The position numbers and the translations under genes were made by a program. DNA of 64,000 bases from the NCBI GenBank assembly GCA_963749605.1, contig CAVVNN010000003.1, positions 85,579 to 149,578 of the forward strand. The letters are read 5' to 3'. Under the pieces are notes generated by a model. The model ran no database searches. It saw only the letters and a list, made by a program, of their open reading frames with translations, and was not told where the DNA came from. This document shows positions 1 to 11,735 of the stretch, in pieces. Each line of letters begins with the position of its first letter. Within the stretch, counting starts at the first letter, position 1. The stretch is from an uncultured Solirubrobacterales bacterium (GTDB taxonomy: Bacteria > Actinomycetota > Thermoleophilia > Solirubrobacterales > 70-9).

Positions 1-3066
<3,066 letters not shown>

Positions 3067-3120
3067 TTTGTCGCGTACCTCCAGGGGTTTCGTTAACCAA
3101 GCCTATGAAATCTAAGTGCC

Positions 3121-3148
3121 AGTATGGCAGATCGCTCATGCATTGCAA
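3121..3148 (-). promoter_or_regulatory. Possible sigma-70-type promoter of the dnaK operon
   Basis: On the minus strand, TTGCAA (3143-3148), a 16-nt spacer, then CATACT (3121-3126), about 55 nt upstream of the dnaK start. Each hexamer matches consensus at only 4/6 positions. Confidence 0.25.
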
Positions 3149-3205
3149 ACAGGGGTGAACGTCCCGCAGCGGCTACGCGGGCAGGCCGAGCGGCTGGGAC
3201 GGTCT

Positions 3206-3622
3206 CTAGCCCTCGCCGGCGGTGCGGGCGACGAATTCGGCGACTTCCTTGGACTGCGCCTCGTTCAGGATGCCCCCGGGCATGCGGCCTGGCGTGGAGC
3301 TGTCGACCCCGTTTTCGACCGCGTTGAGGACGCGCCCTTCGGTCGACGCGATGGTGGAGGCGGCGGTGGGTCCGCTTGGCGGGCCGGACGGCGCCAGCAG
3401 TTCGTCGAGGTCGGGGGCGTAGTTGCCGTTGGTGCCCGCCGCGTAGAGCGTGTGGCAGGCGCCGCAGTTGGTCTGGAAGAGGGTCTGACCGGACTTCAGG
3501 TCTGCCGGCACCTTCTGCGCGCCCATCGCCGCGTCGCCCCGCGAGCGGAAGGCGAGCCATGGGATCAGGACCGCGAGGACGAGAACCAGCAGCCCGAAGA
3601 CGATGAAGGTGCGTCGGCTCAT
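3206..3622 (-). CDS. Membrane-anchored class I c-type cytochrome
   Basis: 138 aa from the ATG at 3620-3622 (trimmed from the 366-aa track ORF). N-terminal TM helix (FIVFGLLVLVLAVLIPWLAF) and a single CGACH haem-binding motif. The ATGA overlaps the nth stop. Confidence 0.8.
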   Translation of the reverse strand: MSRRTFIVFGLLVLVLAVLIPWLAFRSRGDAAMGAQKVPADLKSGQTLFQTNCGACHTLYAAGTNGNYAPDLDELLAPSGPPSGPTAASTIASTEGRVLNAVENGVDSSTPGRMPGGILNEAQSKEVAEFVARTAGEG

Positions 3623-4284
3623 TTGCGCCCGGCACGGTACCAAGGACACATCCGGCGCAGGTCGCACTCGCCGCAGCGCGGCTGCGGGCGGCAGACCTCG
3701 CGCCCGTGTCGGATCAGGTTCGTGTGCAGCTCGTAGGCGTCCTCGGGGTCGACGATCGCCAGCATCTCGTCGTGGGCGCGCTCGAAAGAGGCCTTCGGCG
3801 GGAAGAGGCCGAGCCGGCCGCCGACCCGGTGGATGTGGACGTCGACCGGGATCTCGGGAATCCCCCAGGTGAAGATCAAGACGCAGGCCGCGGTTTTCCG
3901 CCCGACTCCCGGCAGCGAGAGGAGGAACTCCAGCGACTCCTCGCGCGGTGCCGTCTCGGTCCAGTCGAGGTCGAGCCGCTCGCCGAGCCGCTCGAGGATC
4001 GCCTGGATGCGCGGCGCCTTCTGCTTGCCGAGCCCGCCGGGCCGGATCGCCTCCTCCACCTCGCTCACCGGCGCGTCCCGAACCTCCTCCCAGGTGGGGA
4101 GCCGATCCCGCAGCGCCGTGAACGCCCGGTCCCGGTTGCGATCGTTCGTGTGCTGCGACAGCACCGTCTTGACCAGCTCGGCGATCGGCTGCCCGTGCGG
4201 CTCGCACACCGGCTGCCCGTACAGCTCCCGCAACCGGTCCCGAATCGCTCTCACCCGCCGTTTTTCCGGTCGTTTCCATGCCAT
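3619..4284 (-). CDS. nth: Endonuclease III family DNA glycosylase
   Basis: 221 aa from ATG 4282-4284. HhH-GPD region (LLSLPGVGRKTAACVLIF) and a C-terminal Fe-S Cys cluster (CRPQPRCGECDLRRMC). The upstream part of the 474-aa track ORF looks like a GC artefact. Confidence 0.85.
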   Translation of the reverse strand: MAWKRPEKRRVRAIRDRLRELYGQPVCEPHGQPIAELVKTVLSQHTNDRNRDRAFTALRDRLPTWEEVRDAPVSEVEEAIRPGGLGKQKAPRIQAILERLGERLDLDWTETAPREESLEFLLSLPGVGRKTAACVLIFTWGIPEIPVDVHIHRVGGRLGLFPPKASFERAHDEMLAIVDPEDAYELHTNLIRHGREVCRPQPRCGECDLRRMCPWYRAGRK

Positions 4285-4335
4285 GCGCGCGCCGCACACT
4301 AGCCACCCGTTAACGGGCGGATTACAATCGGCCGG

Positions 4336-5115
4336 GTGTCTCGGGCCCTTGCGCACATAACCGGCAAGCTTCCCCAGGGATGGGGCGACGCGGGGCGCCA
4401 GCTCGGCATTCTCGCCCTGGTCGATGCCGCCTACGAGCTGGTGCGCGGCGTCGCCGACGGCCAGCGAGCCGACGCGATCGCGCACGGGCAGCAGGTGATC
4501 GCATTCGAGCGCTCGACCCACACCTTCTTCGAGTCCGGCCTGCAGACCTTCTTCCTTCCCGCCCACTGGCTGATCGACTTCGCCAACCAGGTCTACCTCA
4601 ACGCCCAGTTCTCGATTGCACTCGGCTTCCTGGTCTGGTTGTACCTCCGCCGCAACGAGTCCTATTACTTCGTGCGCAACATGTTCGTTGTCTCGATGGG
4701 CATCGCCCTGATCGGCTACACGCTGTTCCCGACGGCGCCGCCGCGGATGTTCCCCGAACACGGATTCATCGACACGATCGTCGAATTCTCCAATGTCAAC
4801 CACGACTCGTCGGTGGCGAAAATCTTCATCAACCCCTACGCGGCGGTGCCGAGCATGCACTGCGCCTTCGCGCTGATGATCGGCAGCACCGGCGTGATGG
4901 TCTGCCGCAGCCGGTTCGTAAGGGCTTTCTGGGCCGGCTGGCCGCTGCTCGTCACCTGGGTCGTGATCGTCACCGCCAACCACTACTGGGTCGACGCGGT
5001 CCTCGGCTGGACCGTCGCCGCCACCGCGGCCCTCCTCGCCCACCGGCTGCTCGCTCGTGCCCGCCCGGAGGCCTGGGCCTGGCGGTCAAGCTCGCCCCAG
5101 GAGGCGGAGGCGTAG
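4336..5115 (+). CDS. PAP2-superfamily membrane phosphatase / phosphotransferase
   Basis: 259-aa multi-TM ORF with PAP2-like motifs PSMH (PSGH-like) and NHYWVD (HxxxD). GTG start. Confidence 0.7.
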   Translation: MSRALAHITGKLPQGWGDAGRQLGILALVDAAYELVRGVADGQRADAIAHGQQVIAFERSTHTFFESGLQTFFLPAHWLIDFANQVYLNAQFSIALGFLVWLYLRRNESYYFVRNMFVVSMGIALIGYTLFPTAPPRMFPEHGFIDTIVEFSNVNHDSSVAKIFINPYAAVPSMHCAFALMIGSTGVMVCRSRFVRAFWAGWPLLVTWVVIVTANHYWVDAVLGWTVAATAALLAHRLLARARPEAWAWRSSSPQEAEA

Positions 5116-5160
5116 GGCGCCCCCGCCCCGCGCTTCCCCTGGATGATCTAGCCTCACATC

Positions 5161-5826
5161 ATGGAGTCTTCGGCGCCCTCGAGGGTCCCTGGCCCTCGCC
5201 GCAACGGCCGGCAGTCGCGCAACGGCCAGGAGCTTCGCGCTTATGCTCGCGACCGGCTGATCGAGTCGCGGCTGACGCCGAACGCGATCTCGACGGTGGG
5301 CCTGGTGCTCAACCTGGTCGCGGCGGGGCTCGTAACCCAGCGCCTCTTCTTCCTCGCCGGCGTCGCCTTCATAGTCGGTTCGACGATGGACACTCTCGAC
5401 GGGCGCTACTCGCGGATGTCGGGCAAGGGCACCCTGTTCGGGGCCTTCCTCGACTCGACCCTGGACCGGATCGAGGAGGGGATAGTGCTGGCGGCGGTGG
5501 CCGGATACTTCGCCGCCAACGGCCAGGATTTCGCTGCGGCGATGTGCGTGGTCGCGGTGCTCGGCTCGCTGATGGTCTCCTATACGCGGGCTCGCGCCGA
5601 GGCGCTCGGGGTCGAGTGCAAGGTCGGTTTGGCGACGCGGCCGGTCAGGGTGGTGCTACTTTCGATTGGCTTGGTCTTCGCCAAGGGCGCCGGGCTCGGT
5701 AACTTCGAGCTGCTGGCGCCGTCGATCTACGTGATCGCGGCGCTGACCATCGTCACCGTGATCCAGCGCGTATGGCACGTCCGAAACGAGCTCTCAAACG
5801 AGGCCCCCAGCCCGCCCGGCCTGTAA
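5161..5826 (+). CDS. CDP-alcohol phosphatidyltransferase, probably phosphatidylinositol-phosphate synthase
   Basis: The signature D-x2-DG-x2-(A/S)R...G-x3-D-x3-D reads as [26 protein letters not shown]. Multi-TM protein sitting directly upstream of ino1. Confidence 0.8.
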   Translation: MESSAPSRVPGPRRNGRQSRNGQELRAYARDRLIESRLTPNAISTVGLVLNLVAAGLVTQRLFFLAGVAFIVGSTMDTLDGRYSRMSGKGTLFGAFLDSTLDRIEEGIVLAAVAGYFAANGQDFAAAMCVVAVLGSLMVSYTRARAEALGVECKVGLATRPVRVVLLSIGLVFAKGAGLGNFELLAPSIYVIAALTIVTVIQRVWHVRNELSNEAPSPPGL

Positions 5827-5887
5827 CCAGTCCGGGCTCTGGGTGTGCATTGCCACCCAGCCCGACCGAGGAAGGACTTCGAATCGC

Positions 5888-7066
5888 ATGAGTGAGACCA
5901 ACGGAGCAAACGGCAGCAACGGCGCCGGTCGCGCGGACGACAGGGTCCGCGTCGCGATCGTCGGCGTCGGCAACTGCGCCAACTCCTTCATCCAGGGGGT
6001 CCAGTACTACAAGGACGCCGACCCCGCCGACGAAGTCCCCGGCCTGATGCACGTCGATCTCGGTGGCTATCACGTCCGCGACATCGAGTTCGTCGCCGCC
6101 TTCGACATCGACGCCGAGAAGGTCGGCAAGGACCTCTCCGAGGCGATCTGGTCAGGCCAGAACAACACGATCAAGTTCGCCGACGTGCCGAACCTCGGGA
6201 TCAAGGTCGAGCGGGGAATGACCCACGACGGCCTCGGCAAGTACCTCAAGCAGAGGATCAAAAAGGCTCCGGGCGAAACCGCCGACATCGTCGGCATCCT
6301 CAAGGAGACCAAGGCCGACGTGCTGGTCTGCTACCTGCCGGTCGGCTCCGAGGACGCGACCAAGTGGTACGTCGAGCAGGCGCTGAAGGCCGGCGTCGGC
6401 TTCGTCAACTGCCTTCCCGTCTTCATCGCCCGCGAGGACTACTGGGACAAGCGCTTCGAGGAAGCCGGCCTGCCGATCGTCGGCGACGACATCAAGTCCC
6501 AGGTCGGCGCGACGATCGTCCACCGCCAGCTCGCGCGTCTTTTCCACGACCGCGGCGTGCGGATGGAGCGGACCAGCCAGCTCAACGTCGGCGGCAACAT
6601 GGACTTCTTCAACATGCTCGAGCGCGAGCGGCTGGACTCGAAGAAGATCTCGAAGACCAACGCGGTCACCTCGATCATGGGCCACGAGCTGCCCGACGAG
6701 GACGTCCACGTCGGCCCCTCCGACTACGTCGCCTGGCTGACCGACCGCAAGTGGGCCCACATCCGGCTCGAGGGCAAAGCCTTCGGCGACGTGCCGCTCA
6801 ACGTGGAGTTGAAGCTCGAGGTCTGGGACTCCCCCAACTCAGCCGGCGTCGTCATCGATGCGGTGAGGATCATCAAGCTGGCGCTCAATAACGGCATTGC
6901 CGGCCAGCTCGACGGCCCGTCCAGCTACCTGATGAAGTCGCCGCACAGCCAGCGCCCCGACGACGAGGCGCGTGAGAAGACCGAGGAGTTCATCGCGGCC
7001 TACGCGCGCGGCAAGACGCCGGTGGCCGGGGCGACGAAGGCGCCGGCGGCAGAGACCAAGGCCTGA
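5888..7066 (+). CDS. ino1: myo-Inositol-1-phosphate synthase
   Basis: [23 protein letters not shown]-terminus and overall bacterial/archaeal MIPS-like sequence. I prefer ATG 5888 (GAGGAAGGA upstream) over the track start 5843. Confidence 0.85.
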   Translation: MSETNGANGSNGAGRADDRVRVAIVGVGNCANSFIQGVQYYKDADPADEVPGLMHVDLGGYHVRDIEFVAAFDIDAEKVGKDLSEAIWSGQNNTIKFADVPNLGIKVERGMTHDGLGKYLKQRIKKAPGETADIVGILKETKADVLVCYLPVGSEDATKWYVEQALKAGVGFVNCLPVFIAREDYWDKRFEEAGLPIVGDDIKSQVGATIVHRQLARLFHDRGVRMERTSQLNVGGNMDFFNMLERERLDSKKISKTNAVTSIMGHELPDEDVHVGPSDYVAWLTDRKWAHIRLEGKAFGDVPLNVELKLEVWDSPNSAGVVIDAVRIIKLALNNGIAGQLDGPSSYLMKSPHSQRPDDEAREKTEEFIAAYARGKTPVAGATKAPAAETKA

Positions 7067-7104
7067 CCCAGGGCTCGCCGCGCGCGGGCTCTTAGACTGC
7101 TTAC

Positions 7105-8391
7105 GTGCCGGCCGAGCCGCTCTCGATCGCCCAGGTCACGCCCCACCGGCGGGGCACCCGCAACCGGGTCAACGAGTTCGTCGGCAGGGTCTCCGAGGAG
7201 CTGGAGCGGCGCGGCCATGAGGTGCGGATCGTCGCCGCCGGCGATCCGGTAAAGAAGTTGCTCGCCGCGACGCCGTTCGACATCGTTCACGTCCACGAGC
7301 CCTTCGCGCCCAGCGTCTCCTCGGCGGGGCTGCGCCACTCCTACTCGCTCAACGTCGCCACCTTCCACGCGCCGCAGGAGCGGGTGCTCTCGACCCAGGT
7401 CGCACGGCCCCTGGTCGAGATCTTCTTCGGCCGCATCGACGCTCGCACGGTCACCAGCTCGAAGACGGCCGAGCTGCTGCAGCGCTATTTCCCCGACTCC
7501 TACCAACTGGTGGAGCCGGGGGCTGCAGGCCGCGACTGGGCTGACGTCGCCGCGGAGCTGGAGTCGCTCTACCGACGCCTCGCGGCCCGACGCCACGATC
7601 CGGATGGCAATTCCGAGGTGCGGAAGCGGATCGCCTCCCGTGCCCTGATCGAGGTCGACCTGCACATGCACACCGACCACTCCCCGGACTGCGCCACCCC
7701 GGTCGACGTGCTGCTGCAGACCGCCCGCGATCGAGGTCTCGGGGCGATTGCGATCACCGACCACAACGAGGTCTCCGGCGCCCTGGAGGCGCGTCGGATC
7801 GCGGGGACGATGGGTGGCATCAAGGTGATCGTCGCCGAGGAGGTGAAGACCGCCGAGCAGGGTGAGGTGATCGGCCTCTTCCTCGAGGAGAAGATCCCGC
7901 GCGGGATGACGATGGCGGAGACGATCGCCGAGATCCGCCGCCAGGGAGGGCTCGTCTACGTACCCCATCCGTTCGACCGCTTCCACTCGGTGCCCGATTA
8001 CGAGCACCTGCTCGACGTCATCGAGGAGGTCGACATCCTCGAGGTCTTCAACCCGCGCGTCGCGCTCACCGCCTTCAACGAGGAGGCCGAGCGCTTTGCC
8101 CGCAAGTACCGGATCGTTCCCGGCGCCGGCTCCGACAGCCACGTCGCCCAGGGGCTGGGGAGCGTGCGGGTGCGAATCCACGACTTCGACGGGCCCGAGG
8201 AGTTCCTCGAGGCGATGCGAGACGCCGATATCACCCGCAAGCACAAGAACCTGGTCTACGTGCAGGCGCTGAAGCTGCTGCAGACGACCGGCCGGCCGAA
8301 GGCGCTGAAGCGGCGCGTCCCGGACGCCAAGCCGGTGCGCGGCGGCCGGCCACGGGGCCGTCGCTCGAGTGGTCTGTCCGGCAAGAGCTGA
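7105..8391 (+). CDS. Fusion of a truncated GT4-like glycosyltransferase N-domain with a PHP phosphoesterase domain
   Basis: Residues about 1-170 resemble a GT-B/GT4 N-terminal Rossmann half (RGHEVRIVAAG, FDIVHVHEPFAP), but the donor-binding half is missing. Residues about 185-400 form a PHP domain (VDLHMHTDHSPDC, AITDHN, GSDSH). Confidence 0.7.
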   Translation: MPAEPLSIAQVTPHRRGTRNRVNEFVGRVSEELERRGHEVRIVAAGDPVKKLLAATPFDIVHVHEPFAPSVSSAGLRHSYSLNVATFHAPQERVLSTQVARPLVEIFFGRIDARTVTSSKTAELLQRYFPDSYQLVEPGAAGRDWADVAAELESLYRRLAARRHDPDGNSEVRKRIASRALIEVDLHMHTDHSPDCATPVDVLLQTARDRGLGAIAITDHNEVSGALEARRIAGTMGGIKVIVAEEVKTAEQGEVIGLFLEEKIPRGMTMAETIAEIRRQGGLVYVPHPFDRFHSVPDYEHLLDVIEEVDILEVFNPRVALTAFNEEAERFARKYRIVPGAGSDSHVAQGLGSVRVRIHDFDGPEEFLEAMRDADITRKHKNLVYVQALKLLQTTGRPKALKRRVPDAKPVRGGRPRGRRSSGLSGKS

Positions 8392-9053
8392 TGCAACGGA
8401 GCCGCGCGAAAGGAGCCGCGCCCAGCTCGTCAAAGAATGCTCGGCAGATGCCGATCACCGACGACGAGATCAGGGAGAAGTACCTCGAGCGCGCGATCCG
8501 CGAGCTCAACCAGATGACACGGGAGCTGCAGGAGTGCCCCCACTGCCCGCGCGGCAACCTGATGCCGGTGCTCGGCTCCGGCCATCCGCAGGCCGACATC
8601 CTCATGCTCAAGCACGCTCCCATCAGCGCCGAGATCGAAGAGGGCGTCGCCTTCTATGGGCGGGCCGGCAACGCGCTGATGAAAAGCTTCAAGCGGCTCG
8701 GGATCGACCCGCTGGTCGTCTACGGCACGCTCTGCGTCAAGTGCCCGATCGCAGAGCCCGACCTGGCCGCCGATGAGTGTGTGCGGCGCCTGGTCGAGGA
8801 GATCGCGATCGTGCAGCCGAAGATCGTCGTGATCATGGGCGAGCCGGCGCTGCGCGTCCTCAACGGCCTCGAAGTGCCGCTGTCGCGACCGATCGAGCCC
8901 CGCGAGGGCGAGGTCCAGGCGTTCACGCCGACGATCGACGCGCTCTACACCCCCGACATCGACGACTCGCTCGACGAGGAGGGCGCCAAGCAGCGCTTCT
9001 GGCGAGCATTCCGAATGCTCGGCAAGTGGTACGAGGATCTGCCGCCCTACTAG
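8391..9053 (+). CDS. Uracil-DNA glycosylase superfamily protein (family 4/5-like, Fe-S type) with an atypical catalytic motif
   Basis: CPHCPRG ... CVKCP ... DEC cysteines and FYGRAGNAL (GrAGqLL-like). The expected GE(A/G)PG position reads LKHAP. The start ATG overlaps the preceding stop (TGATG). Confidence 0.6.
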   Translation: MQRSRAKGAAPSSSKNARQMPITDDEIREKYLERAIRELNQMTRELQECPHCPRGNLMPVLGSGHPQADILMLKHAPISAEIEEGVAFYGRAGNALMKSFKRLGIDPLVVYGTLCVKCPIAEPDLAADECVRRLVEEIAIVQPKIVVIMGEPALRVLNGLEVPLSRPIEPREGEVQAFTPTIDALYTPDIDDSLDEEGAKQRFWRAFRMLGKWYEDLPPY

Positions 9054-9059
9054 CTGGTA

Positions 9060-9182
9060 GGGGAGGGACCGGGTGCCCCTCCGTCTTGCTGGGATTTTCG
9101 CCTCTAACTGCGTGTCTCTCGCTGAGGTCCTGCTGCGAAAATCAGGACGCCGCTGCGTCGGAGGGGCACCCGGTCCCTCCTC
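9060..9182. repeat. Long nested inverted repeat (123 nt) between convergent genes
   Basis: GGAGGGACCGGGTGCCCCTCCG at 9062-9083 is perfectly complementary to 9159-9180 (22 bp, or 24 with a G-T pair). Inside it, GATTTTCGC (9093-9101) pairs with GCGAAAATC (9135-9143). Confidence 0.8.
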
Positions 9183-9189
9183 TACGGGT

Positions 9190-9963
9190 TCAGGGGGCGG
9201 CGGCCTCGGCGAGGGCTTGCATCGGCTCGACCTTGGCGGAGGCGAGGCCGCGGACCACGACCGTGTCCAGGGCCGTGTAGGCGGCGAGAGACTTCTGGGC
9301 CGTGTCGGCGTCGGGGGCGGCGACGCCGACGGTGCCCTCGGGCTCACCGAGGCGGGCGAAGTGGTTGCGGTAGCCGTCATGGAGGTTGCGGTAGAAGGAC
9401 TCCTCCTTGGCCAGGCGCTCGGCGGCATCGAGGCCGAGCGCGGTGCGGACGTAGCCGAAGACCGGCGGCGTCTCGCGCCCGGCGGCCTTGGCGCCGGACT
9501 CCACCTGCTGCCGGGCGCCGGCGGCGAAGGCAGGCGTCATCCAGTTGAAGAAGGCGCCATCGAACTCCGCCCCTGCCAGGGCGCACATCTTCGGCCCCAT
9601 CGCGGCGAGGACGAGGCGCACGCCGGGCAGCTTCTCGCGCAGGTCGGGGAGGGACTCGCGCATCCGCGTCAGCGGCTTCGCGGAGAAGCCGGCGCCGACT
9701 CCGAGCCAGAGGCGGGAGGGGTCGAGGCCGAGGCGCTCGATGTCGGCGGCGATCGTCTCGGGCGGGGTGCGATCGAGCGCGATCACGGCGACGCCAAGCT
9801 CGATCTCGGGCGCCGCCGCGGCGAACTCCGCCAATGTCTCCAAGCCCTTGGCGCCCGGATGGTCGTTGGACCAGATCGAGGCGTAGCCGAGCTCCGCGCA
9901 GCGCGCAGCGAGCGGCCTCGCCACCTCGGGGTCGAGCCCGGCGGCGACTCCAAAGCCCCTCAT
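9190..9963 (-). CDS. Luciferase-like (LLM) family oxidoreductase, possibly F420-dependent
   Basis: 257 aa from ATG 9961-9963 (MRGFGVAAG...), TIM-barrel LLM-like sequence. The ATGA overlaps the upstream methyltransferase stop. Confidence 0.6.
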   Translation of the reverse strand: MRGFGVAAGLDPEVARPLAARCAELGYASIWSNDHPGAKGLETLAEFAAAAPEIELGVAVIALDRTPPETIAADIERLGLDPSRLWLGVGAGFSAKPLTRMRESLPDLREKLPGVRLVLAAMGPKMCALAGAEFDGAFFNWMTPAFAAGARQQVESGAKAAGRETPPVFGYVRTALGLDAAERLAKEESFYRNLHDGYRNHFARLGEPEGTVGVAAPDADTAQKSLAAYTALDTVVVRGLASAKVEPMQALAEAAAP

Positions 9964-11276
9964 GGTCCGGGCGCGGCCTTCTCCAGGAGGGCTACGCACT
10001 CGATGTGCGGGGTCTGGGGGAACATGTCGACCGGCCTCACGCGGCGCAGCCTATAGCCGGCCTCGACCAGCTGAGCGGCGTTCGGCGCCAGCGTGGTCGG
10101 ATTGCAGGAGACGTAGACGATCCTCGGCGCCTCGCACTCGATCACCCTCCTGACGATCTTCTGCGAGAGGCCCGCGCGGGGCGGGTCGATGACGACGACG
10201 TCCGGCCTCCCGGCCTCCTCGACCAGCGGTCGCACCCCGGTACGGGCGTTGGCGGCGAGGAAGCGCGCGTTGTCGATCCCGTTGCGTTCGGCGTTGGCCT
10301 CGGCGTCGGCGATCGCCTCCGGGAGGATCTCCAGCCCCCAGACCTCGCCGGCGCGGCCCGCCATCGTCAGCCCGATCGTGCCGATCCCGCAGTAGAGGTC
10401 GAAGACCCGCTCGCGACCGCTCAGCCCCGCGAGCTCGGCGACCACGCCGTAGAGCCGTTCCGCCATCTCGGTGTTGGTCTGGAAGAAGGCGCCGTGGGAC
10501 ATCTCCAGCTTCAGCCCGCACAGCTCCTCCCGCAGCCTCTCCTCTCCGAGCACGCCGGTTGGACCGTCGGTCCCGCCCGAGGGCCCCTCGATCGCGGTGT
10601 GGAGGTCGACCGGCGGTTTGGGGAAATGGGCGGGCGAGGTGACGAGCCGGGTCTGGATCTGGCCGGTCCGCCGACCCTCGCGCACCACCAGGTTGCGCAG
10701 GACGCCCTCCTTCCCGCGCCGGTCATAGGGCGCGATCGACTCGAACCGCGCCCACTCCCGCACCTCGTTGCGGGCTGCGTTGCCGCGCTCGGAGGCGAGC
10801 ATGCAGTCCTCGACGTCGACGATCAGGTCCCAGCGCCCGCGCGCGTGGAAACCGAGGATCGCCTCGCCCCCCTTCTCGGCGCCGAACGAGTACTCGAGCT
10901 TGTTGCGGTAGCGCCAGGTCTCGGCCGCCGGCTCGATTGGCTCCAGCTCGAAGCCGTCGAGGCCACCGAGCCGGCGCAGGGCGTCCCCTACCTGCTCCTG
11001 CTTGTGGGTGAGCTGGCGCTCGTAGGGCAGGCCTTGCCAGGGTGCCCCGGGGCAGGGCTCGCCGCCGTGGACGCAGCGGTCGGGGACACGGTCGGGGGAC
11101 GGCTCGAGCAACTCGACCACCCGCGCCTCGGCGAAGCGACGCTTCGACTTGGTCACCTCGGCGCGCACGCGGTCGCCCGGCAGCGCACCGGCGACGAAGA
11201 CGACGAGGCCGTCCGCCCGCGCCACACCCCGCCCGCCGAAGGCGAGCGAGTCGATCTCGACCTCCAGGACCTCCAA
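9960..11276 (-). CDS. TRAM-domain RNA (uracil-5-)-methyltransferase (RlmD/TrmA family)
   Basis: N-terminal TRAM/OB (GGRGVARADGLVVFVAGALPGDRV). SAM motif DLYCGIGTIGL, catalytic VVVIDPPRAGL and VYVSCNPTT. TTG start at 11274-11276. Confidence 0.85.
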   Translation of the reverse strand: MEVLEVEIDSLAFGGRGVARADGLVVFVAGALPGDRVRAEVTKSKRRFAEARVVELLEPSPDRVPDRCVHGGEPCPGAPWQGLPYERQLTHKQEQVGDALRRLGGLDGFELEPIEPAAETWRYRNKLEYSFGAEKGGEAILGFHARGRWDLIVDVEDCMLASERGNAARNEVREWARFESIAPYDRRGKEGVLRNLVVREGRRTGQIQTRLVTSPAHFPKPPVDLHTAIEGPSGGTDGPTGVLGEERLREELCGLKLEMSHGAFFQTNTEMAERLYGVVAELAGLSGRERVFDLYCGIGTIGLTMAGRAGEVWGLEILPEAIADAEANAERNGIDNARFLAANARTGVRPLVEEAGRPDVVVIDPPRAGLSQKIVRRVIECEAPRIVYVSCNPTTLAPNAAQLVEAGYRLRRVRPVDMFPQTPHIECVALLEKAAPGP

Positions 11277-11689
11277 CTAGGGCAGCTTCTTGCGCGCCCG
11301 GCGAGCGGCCTGGGTGGCCTGCTTGCGGACCGGTCGGCGCGACCGCCGACCTCTTTGCGCGCCTGTTTGACCAGTCGTTCGAGTTCCTTCAGCAGCGTGT
11401 CGGTCTGCTTGCGGCCGCGCTTGAGCAGGTCGGTGAGCAGCTTCTCGGCGTCGCCGCGGGTCATCCTGCCGCGCTTGACCGCATCGTCGACGGCCTCCTG
11501 GAGGCGGTCGCGGCTGAGGGTGACGCTGCGCTCGAGACTCTGGCGGAACTGCTCGACGCTCTTGTCGAGGCCGACCCCCGCTCGTGCGCCGTCGCGTTTG
11601 GGCGCCGCTTTTTTCGCAGCCGGTTTACGCGCTTTGGCTTTTTTCGGTTTCGCTTTCGCTTTGCCTGTGGCGGGTTTTTTGGTGGCCAT
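11153..11689 (-). CDS. Phasin-like / PHA-granule-associated-type small basic protein (3' end doubtful)
   Basis: ATG 11687-11689 with AGGAGGAA upstream. Lys/Ala-rich N-terminus, then LQEAVDDAVKRGRMTRGDAEKLLTDLLKRGRKQTDTLLKELERLVKQ. As read, the ORF runs 124 nt into the next gene. An alternative frame ends at TAG 11277-11279 (see findings). Confidence 0.55.
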   Translation of the reverse strand: MATKKPATGKAKAKPKKAKARKPAAKKAAPKRDGARAGVGLDKSVEQFRQSLERSVTLSRDRLQEAVDDAVKRGRMTRGDAEKLLTDLLKRGRKQTDTLLKELERLVKQARKEVGGRADRSASRPPRPLAGRARSCPSWRSWRSRSTRSPSAGGVWRGRTASSSSSPVRCRATACAPR

Positions 11690-11735
11690 CTCGTTCCTCC
11701 TGGTCTGCGGGCGGGTAGGACCAGTGTGACGATTC

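Noticed and set aside
3106-3121. Sigma-54-like element TGGCAC-N5-TTTCA on the minus strand upstream of dnaK.
   Set aside because: The -12 box is imperfect (TTTCA rather than TTGCA). This lineage looks actinobacterial, where sigma-54 is generally absent, and a heat-shock operon is not an expected sigma-54 target. I also found no convincing CIRCE or HAIR inverted repeat there.
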